Positions 27,469-36,402 of a stretch of 64,000 bases of DNA are shown here, piece after piece. Positions within the stretch are counted from its first letter, which is position 1. Every line of letters begins with the position of its first letter. This DNA comes from an uncultured Candidatus Rokubacteria bacterium (GTDB taxonomy: Bacteria > Methylomirabilota > Methylomirabilia > Rokubacteriales > DASRDR01), in NCBI GenBank assembly GCA_963805625.1, contig CAWDVE010000010.1:896001-960000 (forward strand). The letters are read 5' to 3'. Position numbers and translations under genes: made by a program. A model generated the notes under the pieces. That model saw only the letters and a program-made list of their open reading frames with translations. It searched no databases and was not told where the DNA came from.

Positions 27469-29832
27469 GTGATCGACGATCTCGCCCAGCCGGGCTCCCG
27501 GCGCCTGCACCGGCGCGACCTCACGCCCGCACTTCCCGATCTCACGAGCCCGCAGCGACTCCGGGGCCTGACGGGCCCCGTCGACGTCTGGCGAGACCCG
27601 GAGGGTGTCCCGCACGCGCGGGCCGGATCCCTCCACGACGCGTTCTTCGCCCAGGGATTCGTCCACGCCCAGGATCGCCTGTGGCACATGGAGTACGACC
27701 GCCGACGGGCGAGCGGACGATGGGCGGAGCTCGTCGGCGAGGCCGCGGTCGCCCAGGACGTGCTGGCGCGCCGGCTCGGCCTCGACCGAAGCGCCCGCGT
27801 CGACTACGCGGGAGCGACCGCCGAGACGCGCGTGATGCTCGAGGCCTACGCGGCCGGCGTCAATACCTTTCTTCGCGCCACGCAGGTCTGGCCCATCGAG
27901 TTCCAACTCCTCGGCACGCGACCCGAGCCCTGGGCCCCGTGGGACAGCCTCGCCGTCTTCAAGATCCGCCACGTGGAGATGGGGCCCTGGCAGATGAAGC
28001 TCTGGCGGGCCCGCCTCGTCCGCCACCTCGGCCCGAGGCTGGCCGCTTACCTGTCCCCCGGGACCTCCCCGGCACCGATGCTGATCCTGCCGCCCGGCAC
28101 GGAGTACCGGGGGCCGGCGCCCGGCGCCCTGGAGACCCTGAGCCGGAACGATCCCGCCCTCGCGTCCCTTCCCGGCTGGGTCGGCGGGAGCAACAGCTGG
28201 GTTCTCGCCGGGTCGCGCACCGCCTCCGGGCGCCCCCTCGTCGCGGGCGATCCCCACCGCGCCCTCGACACGCCGAACTGCTACTACCAGAACCACCTCG
28301 CCTGCCCCGACTTCGACGCCATCGGGCTCTCGTTCCCCGGCGTCCCCGGCCTCTCCCACTTCGGCCACAATCGCCACGTGGCCTGGTGCGTCACGCACGC
28401 GATGGCGGACTACCAGGACGTCTTCGTCGAGCGCTTCGATCCGACCGACCCGACGCGGTACGAGTTCCGCGGCGAGTGGCGGCGCGCCGAGGTGCGGCGT
28501 GAGACCATCCAGGTCCGCGGCGGCCGGGCGGTCGACGTCGCGATCACGGTCACGCACCACGGTCCGATCGTGCTCGGCGAGCCGGCGAGCGGCCACGCCG
28601 TGTCGCTCCGCTACACGGCGACGGCCGAGCTGAACCGGACGTTCGACGCCTTCGTCCCGATGCTCCGGGCCGCCTCCTCCGGCGATCTCGAGGCGGCCAT
28701 GCAACCGTGGGTCGATCCGGGCAACAACCTGGTGTTCGCCGACGTCCACGGGACGATCGGGTACCGGACCCGCGGGCGTGTGCCCGTCCGCGCCCAGACC
28801 AACGCGTGGCTCCCCGTCCCCGGCTGGGACGGCGCCCACGAGTGGACGGGCGCGATCCCGTTCGAGGCGATGCCCGCGCTGCGGGACCCGGCCGCGGGCT
28901 GGATCGTCACCGCCAACAGCCGGATCGTCGATGACAACTACCCGCACTACCTCGGGCTCGACTATGCGCCGGACTTCCGGACCCGCCGCCTCGCAGCCCG
29001 CATCCAGGACCTCCACGGTGCGACGGTCGCCGACATGGCGGCCCTCCATGCGGACCGCACCTCGATTCCCGCCCGGAGCCTGGTGGAGCTGGCAGGCCGC
29101 ATCGAGCCGCTCGACGCCGGCTCGCGCGCGGCGCTGGCGATACTTCGCCGCTGGGACGGCTGCATGGACGTGGACAGCACGGCGGCGACGGTCTACGCGG
29201 CGTTCCGGGCGCGACTCGTGCGGGACGTCCTGAGCCCACTCCTCGGCCCCCTCGCGGCAGACGCCTTCGCGCCTGCACTGAGCGCCGCCGTCGTGCACGT
29301 GGCGCGTCTCCGCGGCCGCCTGGCCGAGTGGATCCGCGAGGACGACCGGACGCTCCTGGCGGCGGGCGACGACTGGGGCAGCGCGATGTCCCGCGCGCTC
29401 GCGGGGGCGGTCGCCACGCTGCGCGAGACGCTCGGGCCGGACCCCGCGTCGTGGACCTGGGGCCGTCTCCACGTCGCGCGCCCGCGCCACCCGCTTTCGG
29501 CTGCGTTCCCCGCGGCAGCGGAGCTACTCGACCCGCCTGCCTCCCCCGCGGGCGGAGACGGTGACACCGTGCAGGCGGCAGACTTCGTCCCGGCCGCTGG
29601 GTTCGAGCTGACGCTCACCTCGGTCGCGCGCTACGTGTTCGACCTGGGTGACTGGGAGCGGAGCGCGTGGATCGTCCCGCTCGGCGCCTCGGGCCATCCG
29701 GGGAGCCCCCACTACGCCGACCAGTCGGCGGACTGGGCGGCGGTGCGCCTCCGCCCGATGCGGTACGACTGGGCCCGCGTCGCGGCCGAGTCGGAGAGCC
29801 ACCAGCGGCTCGAGCCCGCCCCGGCTGACTAG
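27469..29832 (+). CDS. Penicillin acylase family Ntn-hydrolase
   Basis: GVPH, AQGFVHAQDRLWHME, GSNSW (autocleavage Ser), DPH, TANSR, GASGHPGSPHYADQ. Confidence 0.93.
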   Translation: MIDDLAQPGSRRLHRRDLTPALPDLTSPQRLRGLTGPVDVWRDPEGVPHARAGSLHDAFFAQGFVHAQDRLWHMEYDRRRASGRWAELVGEAAVAQDVLARRLGLDRSARVDYAGATAETRVMLEAYAAGVNTFLRATQVWPIEFQLLGTRPEPWAPWDSLAVFKIRHVEMGPWQMKLWRARLVRHLGPRLAAYLSPGTSPAPMLILPPGTEYRGPAPGALETLSRNDPALASLPGWVGGSNSWVLAGSRTASGRPLVAGDPHRALDTPNCYYQNHLACPDFDAIGLSFPGVPGLSHFGHNRHVAWCVTHAMADYQDVFVERFDPTDPTRYEFRGEWRRAEVRRETIQVRGGRAVDVAITVTHHGPIVLGEPASGHAVSLRYTATAELNRTFDAFVPMLRAASSGDLEAAMQPWVDPGNNLVFADVHGTIGYRTRGRVPVRAQTNAWLPVPGWDGAHEWTGAIPFEAMPALRDPAAGWIVTANSRIVDDNYPHYLGLDYAPDFRTRRLAARIQDLHGATVADMAALHADRTSIPARSLVELAGRIEPLDAGSRAALAILRRWDGCMDVDSTAATVYAAFRARLVRDVLSPLLGPLAADAFAPALSAAVVHVARLRGRLAEWIREDDRTLLAAGDDWGSAMSRALAGAVATLRETLGPDPASWTWGRLHVARPRHPLSAAFPAAAELLDPPASPAGGDGDTVQAADFVPAAGFELTLTSVARYVFDLGDWERSAWIVPLGASGHPGSPHYADQSADWAAVRLRPMRYDWARVAAESESHQRLEPAPAD

Positions 29833-29842
29833 TTGCCCGCCC

Positions 29843-30772
29843 TCAGTCTCTGAGCCCGGGCATGTCGAACCCGCGCGCCGCGAGCCCGGCGACGAGCTCC
29901 GCCTCCTGGGCGGAGGTCAGCTCGACGAGCGGCGGCCGCACCGTCCGCCAGCCCGGGTCCTGGAGGAAGTGGGCGATGGTCGCCTTCAGGGCGGGGATCA
30001 TGGGCACCCGCTGCAGCACGGCGCGCGTGGCCGAGATCTCGGCCTGCTGATGGTCGGCGTCGCCGGACTGCCAACTCCGGTACAGACGGTCGATCTGGCC
30101 GGGGTTGACGTTGCCCGTCGCGGTGATGCAGCCGACGCCGCCATGGCGCATGTTCTGAAGAAGGAAGACCTCGCTGCCGGCGAAGACGTCGAAGTCCGAT
30201 CCCCGAAAGGCGTCCAGCATCGCCTTCGTGTTGCTCCAGTCCCCCGAGGAGTCCTTCACCCCCGCCACGATTCCCGGGTAGACCGCCAGGAGACGCTCGA
30301 TGAGGGCGAGGCTGATCGGGACCTGGGCCACGGGCGGGATGTGATAGAGGTACAGCCGGAGCCGCGAGTCTGCGACCCGCTCGATGACCTCCGCGAACGC
30401 CCGGAACAGGCCCTCGTCGGACACGCCCTTGTAGTAGAACGGCGGGAGCATCAGCGCTCCCGCGCACCCCAACTTCACGGCATGCCCGGTGAGCCGCACC
30501 GAATCGGTGAGCGCGCAGCAGCCCGTGCCCGGCATCAGGGTCTCCGGCGGCACGCCTCCCTCGACCAGCGCCTCGAGCAGCTCTATCCGCTCGTCGACGG
30601 AGAGGGAGTTCGCCTCGCTGTTCGTGCCGAACACCGCGAGGCCGCGGCAGCCGTGACCAAGAAGCCACCGGCAATGGCGCACGAACCGCGCCGCATCGGG
30701 CGCCAGGCGGGACGTGAAGGGTGTGACCACCGGTGCCAGCACGCCGGACAGCCGCGTCGTCGTCATCTCCAT
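29843..30772 (-). CDS. Dihydrodipicolinate synthase (DapA-like) family lyase
   Basis: GTNSEA, PPFYYK, LYHIP, GVKDSSGD (Schiff-base Lys). Confidence 0.9.
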   Translation of the reverse strand: MEMTTTRLSGVLAPVVTPFTSRLAPDAARFVRHCRWLLGHGCRGLAVFGTNSEANSLSVDERIELLEALVEGGVPPETLMPGTGCCALTDSVRLTGHAVKLGCAGALMLPPFYYKGVSDEGLFRAFAEVIERVADSRLRLYLYHIPPVAQVPISLALIERLLAVYPGIVAGVKDSSGDWSNTKAMLDAFRGSDFDVFAGSEVFLLQNMRHGGVGCITATGNVNPGQIDRLYRSWQSGDADHQQAEISATRAVLQRVPMIPALKATIAHFLQDPGWRTVRPPLVELTSAQEAELVAGLAARGFDMPGLRD

Positions 30773-30846
30773 TCCCCCTCGGTGTCACGCGCGATGGAGG
30801 TCTCGATCGGGCTCGATCGAAGATGATACACCGCGATCGAGACTCG

Positions 30847-32031
30847 ATGGTGGGCGAGGGTGGCAGCGCTCGTACCCCCTGGGCCGCGCTTCTCGTGCTC
30901 TGCAGCCTGCTCGCGCTCCATAACGCCATGCGGATCGGCCCGATCACCTTCATCGAGGAGCTGCGCGGCCGCTACGGCGCCGACTACACGGCGGCCGGCA
31001 ACGTGGTGGGCGCATACACGCTTGCCTACGGGTTCGCCCAGCTCCTGGCGGGGCTCCTGACCGACCGCGTCGGAAGCCGGCGCCTGATGCTGGCCGGACT
31101 CGGCCTGGCCGCCGCGGGCTCCGCAACATTCGCCGTGACGGACAGCTACGCGGTCGCCGTCCTGGCGCGCCTCCTGATGGGGGTGGCCGGCGGGTGCCTC
31201 TACACGCCGACCATCGCGTACACGTTCGCCGCCTTCCCGGATGCGCTCCGAGGCCGGGCGATGGGCTTTGCGGAGACGGGGGTCGGGGCCGGGCAGGTGC
31301 TCGCGCTCCTGGGACTCCCGACCCTCTTCGCGGCGATCGGCCTCACGCCGGCATTCCTCGCGCTCCCGGTGGCGGCCCTCGGCCTCGCTCTCGCCGTAGC
31401 CTTCGGGCTCCCGCACATCCCGCCAGCGCCGCGAGCTGCCCGCGGGCGAATCCGAGATCTCGCCCGGGAGCGCGACTTCTGGCTCCTGGCCGTCGGCTTC
31501 GCCTTCGTGGGCATGCTCGCCCAGGTCGCCGTCCTCTCCTGGATGCCCACGTATCTCCGCCAGATCCACGGCTTCGGCGTGGTCGCCGCGGGCGCGTCGA
31601 CCGGCATCGTGGTGACGGGCCTGATGCTCTTCTCTCCCCTCTTCGGCATCCTCTCGGACCGGCTGACCGCGCGCCGGCCGGTCATGCTCGTGGGATGTCT
31701 GCTCGCGCTCGCGGGCTTCGTCGTCCTTCTGGTCACTCGGCACCCTTGGGTGGCCGTCGGCGCCGCGCTCCTGGTCAGCGCCAGCATGGCGGCCACGATC
31801 CCGATGCAGGTCGTCTTCGCCTCGGAGCGCTTCCGGGCCGTCGGGGCCGGCACGGCCATCGGCCTCGTCAACACCGGCGGACAGATCGCCGCCTCGCTCG
31901 GCGGTCCGCTCTACGGCACGTTCCTCGACCGCGGCCTCGGGTTCGGCATGGTGTGGGGCGTCGCCACGCTGCTCGGCCTCCTGCGCGTCCTGGCGGTGCT
32001 GGGCATCCGGGAGCGGCCCTCGCGCCGTTGA
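30847..32031 (+). CDS. MFS transporter
   Basis: About 12 TM; motif A GLLTDRVGSRR; GILSDRL. Start uncertain. Confidence 0.88.
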   Translation: MVGEGGSARTPWAALLVLCSLLALHNAMRIGPITFIEELRGRYGADYTAAGNVVGAYTLAYGFAQLLAGLLTDRVGSRRLMLAGLGLAAAGSATFAVTDSYAVAVLARLLMGVAGGCLYTPTIAYTFAAFPDALRGRAMGFAETGVGAGQVLALLGLPTLFAAIGLTPAFLALPVAALGLALAVAFGLPHIPPAPRAARGRIRDLARERDFWLLAVGFAFVGMLAQVAVLSWMPTYLRQIHGFGVVAAGASTGIVVTGLMLFSPLFGILSDRLTARRPVMLVGCLLALAGFVVLLVTRHPWVAVGAALLVSASMAATIPMQVVFASERFRAVGAGTAIGLVNTGGQIAASLGGPLYGTFLDRGLGFGMVWGVATLLGLLRVLAVLGIRERPSRR

Positions 32032-32149
32032 CCCGGCCGCGTCCCAACCTTGACCCTCCGAGAGCGGCGGGTGTACGGTCGGCTTCGATGCGAGCATCGA
32101 GACGGTGCGCGGCAAGACGTGCCGCTGATTCCGGCACGGGACCCCAGCA

Positions 32150-33346
32150 GTGATCCCGGCCGCACGGGCCGTCCTCCTCACGGCGGCCCTCACCCACGTC
32201 CTCCACGACGGCTTCTCGGACGCGCTCTACGTCCTCCTACCGCTCTGGGCAACGGAGTTCCACCTCACGCTCACCGGCGTCGGCGTCCTCAAGGCGGTCT
32301 ACACTGCCGGCATGGCGCTGTCGCAGATCCCGGCCGGGATCCTCGCCGAGCGCTGGGGCGAGCGCCGCCTGCTCGTGGCGGGAACGGCCGTCACGGCGCT
32401 CGGATATCTCGCCGTGGCCCTGACCGCCGGCGGGATGCTCCCCCTCATGGCGTTTCTCCTCGTGGCCGGGCTCGGCTCCGGGGTCCAGCATCCGCTGGCC
32501 TCGTCTCTCGTCTCGCGCGCCTACGAGACTGGGCCCCGACGCGCGGCGCTCGGAACGTACAACTTCGCCGGGGATCTCGGGAAGATCGCGGTGCCCGCGG
32601 CCATCGCGCTGACGGCGACTCTCGCCGGCTGGCGCGGCGCGAGCGCTGTGTACGCGCTGCTCGGCCTCGGGGGTGCGCTCCTCATCGCGGTCGCGCTGGG
32701 TCGGCTTCGGGCGGGCGGCGCCGTCGGGGCGACGGAGGAGATCCGCCTCTCGGCGGGGGGCTGGGGCATTCGTGACGCCCGCGGCTTCCAGGCGCTCGCC
32801 GCGGTCGGCATGATCGACACGGCGACGCGCACCGCGCTCCTGACGTTCCTCCCCTTCTTGCTGCTGGCGAAGGGGCTCACCGTCGCCGGCCTCGGCCTGG
32901 CGCTGGCGGTGCTCTTCGCAGGCGGGGCCGCCGGCAAGTTTGTCTGCGGGGTCCTCGCCGAGCGGGTCGGGATCGTGCGCACCGTGATCCTCACCGAGCT
33001 GGCCACGGCCTGCGGCATCGTCGCGGTCGCCCTCGGCCCCCTGACAGTGGCGCTCGGGGTGCTCCTGCCCCTCGGGGTCGCGCTGAACGGGACGTCGTCC
33101 GCCCTCTATGCGACGGTGGCCGATCTCGTCACGCCAGAGCGGCGGGCCCGCGCGTACGGGCTCTACTACACCCTCGTCGTCGGCGCGTCCGCGGTGGCGC
33201 CTCTCGCATACGGCGCGCTCGGCGACGCCCTCGGCATCCTGGCCACCCTGCTCGTGACGTCGGCGGTCGTGCTCCTCACGGTCCCGCTCTGTCTCGTCCT
33301 GCGCAGCGCCCTCGCACCGGCCGAAGGCGCCCGGCTCGCCGCCTGA
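32150..33346 (+). CDS. MFS transporter (Fsr-like)
   Basis: THVLHDG, GILAERWG, GSGVQHP, GVLAERVG. Confidence 0.88.
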   Translation: MIPAARAVLLTAALTHVLHDGFSDALYVLLPLWATEFHLTLTGVGVLKAVYTAGMALSQIPAGILAERWGERRLLVAGTAVTALGYLAVALTAGGMLPLMAFLLVAGLGSGVQHPLASSLVSRAYETGPRRAALGTYNFAGDLGKIAVPAAIALTATLAGWRGASAVYALLGLGGALLIAVALGRLRAGGAVGATEEIRLSAGGWGIRDARGFQALAAVGMIDTATRTALLTFLPFLLLAKGLTVAGLGLALAVLFAGGAAGKFVCGVLAERVGIVRTVILTELATACGIVAVALGPLTVALGVLLPLGVALNGTSSALYATVADLVTPERRARAYGLYYTLVVGASAVAPLAYGALGDALGILATLLVTSAVVLLTVPLCLVLRSALAPAEGARLAA

Positions 33347-33391
33347 GGCAACCGGGGACCAGCAGGAGCCCGGCATGTCCACGGTGGCGAC

Positions 33392-33829
33392 GTGACGCGC
33401 TCGTCGGGGCTCGGCCTCGCCGTGCTGCGTGTCATCCTCGGCGTCATCTTCCTCATGCACGGGTACCTCGGCCTCGCCGTCATCGGCCCGGGCGGCATCG
33501 CCGGTTATACGACCCGCATGGGGTACCCGGCAGTGCTCGGCGAGGCTCTCGGGTGGTACCTCATCGTCGCGCACTCGGTGGGCGGGATCATGTTGATCCT
33601 CGGGCTCTTCACCCGCGGGGCCGCGCTCGCCCAGCTGCCGATCATGGCCTCCGCGTTCTTCCTTCACCACCTCCGGCAGGGCTTCTTCCTGACGGGCATC
33701 GTGGTGGACGCGGCGAGGGGGATCGCCATCGCGGGCGGGTACGAGTACACTCTGCTGGTCCTCGCCGCCACCGTGACCCTCGTCCTCGCGGGTGGCGGCG
33801 CGCTCGCGCTCGACCGTCGCACGCGCTGA
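33392..33829 (+). CDS. DoxX family membrane protein
   Basis: LRVILGVIFLMHG, LGLFTR, GYEY, GGGALALD. Confidence 0.88.
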   Translation: MTRSSGLGLAVLRVILGVIFLMHGYLGLAVIGPGGIAGYTTRMGYPAVLGEALGWYLIVAHSVGGIMLILGLFTRGAALAQLPIMASAFFLHHLRQGFFLTGIVVDAARGIAIAGGYEYTLLVLAATVTLVLAGGGALALDRRTR

Positions 33830-33875
33830 AGCGCCAGACGGCGTCGAGCCAGCCTGTGCCCGGGAGATCCCCGCG

Positions 33876-34264
33876 CTGACACCCACGCCCCCCGCTCATC
33901 GGCTGGGGTTTCTCTTCATCGCCCTGTCGGCCGTCCTCTTCGCCTCGCTAGGGGTCGCGACCAAGGGCAGCCTCGAGCTCGCAGCAACCAACGCCCTCTC
34001 GATCACGCTCCTGCGGACGGCGATCGCGCTCCCGACCCTCTGGGCGATCTGCGCCTTCATCCTGGGAAGGCGATGTTCCGGATCGTCGGCGGCGAGCTCG
34101 GCATCATGGCCGTTGCCGGGCTGATGATGGCCCTCCTCGCCTGACTCCTCTTCGATGAAGGCCTCGGGGCGATGGGGCTGCTGGGCGCCGCGCTCCTGCT
34201 GGCCGCGATGGTGATGGTGTTCCGCGGGGGCAGGGCCGCCGCGGACCGGCCCGCGGCGGTCTGA
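33876..34264 (+). pseudogene. Degraded EamA/DMT transporter
   Basis: GFLFIALSAVLFASLGVATK...LLR N-terminus with CTG in place of a start codon. Frameshift near 34070, large internal deletion, in-frame TGA at 34142 (LLA*LLFDE). Confidence 0.7.
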
Positions 34265-34280
34265 TCCCGGCGGGACCGGT

Positions 34281-36323
34281 CTACGCCGGAGCGACCTCCA
34301 CCGCAGCGTCGAAGGCGGCCTGGCCCGCGGCGAAGGGAAATAGATCGACCGCCTCGTCCGGAATGACCGGCTCGCCGGAGGTCACGGCGTTGAGGCCACC
34401 CCAGCCGTCCCGCATCCAAACCGTCCCGGCGGGCACCCGCGCCGTCACGTGCGCCCTGGCGCCGAATGCTCCCCGCTCGTTGAAGACGCGGACCGGCGCC
34501 CCCTCGACGAGGCCGCGGGCCGACGCGTCGGCCGGGGCGATCCAGAGACGAGGCTCGGGATCGAGGCGGGCGAGAGTCGGCAGCGCGCGTCCGTGATCGT
34601 AGAACCCGTGGAACTGGGTGAGCGTGCGGCCCTGCCTGAACACCAGCGGATGGGTCGGCGCCGGCGCGGGCTCGTGGACGGGCAAGGGCGGCAGCCCGAG
34701 CGAGGCCGCGCGCTCCGAGTAGAGCTCGACCTTGCCGGAGGGAGTCGCGTAGACGTGCGCGGGATGACCGACGTGCGAGATCCGCAGCGCGCGGATCCCC
34801 CCTTCTGCCCTGAGGGCAGCCACCGTTGCGTGACCCGTCGCCGGGTGGTCCAGGATGGCATCGAGCGGGCCCTCGTCAGTGGCCCAGGGGTAGAAGTCCT
34901 CGACGCCGAGGCGCCGGGCGAGCTCTCGGAGGATCCACACCGCCGGCCGCGTCTCGCCGGGGGCCTCCAGGACCTTCGGCATGAGGTAGAGATGCGTGTT
35001 CGTGCTCTTGCAGCCGAGCTCCTCCAGCCACGAGGTTCCCGGCAGCACGACATCGGCGCACTGCCGCGCCGTGTCGTTCAGGAAGAGGTCGTGACTCACC
35101 ACGAGATCCGTTCGCGCGAGGCCCTTCGCTAGACGCCCCGCATCCGCATACGAGGACAGCATGTCCGTCCCGAAGAGGAGGAGCGTGTGCACGCGGCCCT
35201 CGACGAGGGCCTCCGTGACGCGGGGCATCTGGTTCAGCACGTAGGCGCCCGGCGGCCGCCGCTCGGGCACGGTGATGTCGGAGAGCGCCTGGCCGTGGCT
35301 GGCCGCGCCGTGCCGCGGCCCAAAGCCGCCCCCCGCCACGCCGAGGTGCCCCGTGAGCGCCGGAAGGCAACCGATCGCGCGTGCGCCTTGCCAGCCATTG
35401 CCCCCTTTGTGCATCGAGCTCCCGCCCAGCAGGATCATCGCGGGGCGCGTCGTTGCGTAGCGGCGGGCGAGGCCGGCGATGCGGTCCGCGGGTACCCCGG
35501 TGATGGGCGCCGCCCACTCGGCGCCGAGGCCGCGGACGTGCGCGGCGAGAGCGTCGAAGCCGACAGTGTGGCGGGCCACGAACTCCGCGTCATGAAGCCC
35601 CTCCGCGACGATGACCGACATCATCGCCAGGGCAAGCGCGGCGTCGGTTCCGGGCCGGATCAGGATCACCTCGTCGGACTGCGCCGCGGCCTCGGTCTCG
35701 CGCACGTCGATCGTGACGACGTGGGCGCCGCGGCGGCGGGCGGCGGCCAGATGCGGACCGGTGTTCGGCTGGCTGGCGAGGTTGGCGCCCCACAGCACGA
35801 CGAGGCGCGCGTGCACGCCCATGTCCTCCTTCGTGTTCGCCTCGAGGATGCCAGTCAGTCCCAGGCCGAAGCCGCCCAGCCCCCAGCAGATCATCGCGGG
35901 GTGCCACCACTGGCAGCCCCAGAGATTTGCGAAGCGCCGGAGGAGGTGAGAGTCGACCCGCGTCCCGTAGTTGTTCGCGAAAAGCCCGTGCCCCGACCAG
36001 AGTCCGACCGCCTCGCGGCCCGCTTCGCGCATCCGGCCGGCGATCATGTCGAGCGCCTCGTCCCAGCTGACCCGGCGCCAGGCGTCCTCTCCCCGGCGCA
36101 TACGGACGAGCGGATGGAGGAGCCGGCGCGGGTTGTCGACGATCTCGCGCGACGCCTGGCCCCGGACGCAGAGGAATCCGTGGCTGTCAGGGTTGTCCGG
36201 ATCGCCCCGCACGCCCAGGAGGCGCCCGCCCTCGACGGTGACCAGCATGCCGCAGAGCGTGGGGTGGCAGTTCATGGGGCACATGGTGCGGATCGTGCGC
36301 TGGCCGCCCTCCGTCGTGCTCAT
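34281..36323 (-). CDS. Molybdopterin-dependent oxidoreductase (DMSO reductase superfamily, cytoplasmic)
   Basis: CPMNCHPTLC...LCVRG, RLLHPL, RPGTDAAL, ADVVLPGTSWLE, TPSGKVE. Confidence 0.9.
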   Translation of the reverse strand: MSTTEGGQRTIRTMCPMNCHPTLCGMLVTVEGGRLLGVRGDPDNPDSHGFLCVRGQASREIVDNPRRLLHPLVRMRRGEDAWRRVSWDEALDMIAGRMREAGREAVGLWSGHGLFANNYGTRVDSHLLRRFANLWGCQWWHPAMICWGLGGFGLGLTGILEANTKEDMGVHARLVVLWGANLASQPNTGPHLAAARRRGAHVVTIDVRETEAAAQSDEVILIRPGTDAALALAMMSVIVAEGLHDAEFVARHTVGFDALAAHVRGLGAEWAAPITGVPADRIAGLARRYATTRPAMILLGGSSMHKGGNGWQGARAIGCLPALTGHLGVAGGGFGPRHGAASHGQALSDITVPERRPPGAYVLNQMPRVTEALVEGRVHTLLLFGTDMLSSYADAGRLAKGLARTDLVVSHDLFLNDTARQCADVVLPGTSWLEELGCKSTNTHLYLMPKVLEAPGETRPAVWILRELARRLGVEDFYPWATDEGPLDAILDHPATGHATVAALRAEGGIRALRISHVGHPAHVYATPSGKVELYSERAASLGLPPLPVHEPAPAPTHPLVFRQGRTLTQFHGFYDHGRALPTLARLDPEPRLWIAPADASARGLVEGAPVRVFNERGAFGARAHVTARVPAGTVWMRDGWGGLNAVTSGEPVIPDEAVDLFPFAAGQAAFDAAVEVAPA

Positions 36324-36330
36324 TGACCCG

Positions 36331-36361
36331 CAGTATACTGACCCGGTCACGGGATCGTAAA
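36331..36361. promoter_or_regulatory. Divergent promoter region with palindromic CAGTATACTG (-10 TATACT on both strands)
   Basis: Minus strand reads TTTACG-N18-TATACT-N8-ATG(36323). The plus strand also reads TATACT at 36334-36339. Confidence 0.55.
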
Positions 36362-36402
36362 CATGGCCCCCGGACCAGCCCTCCGGATCCCGGGAGAGAA
36401 CG

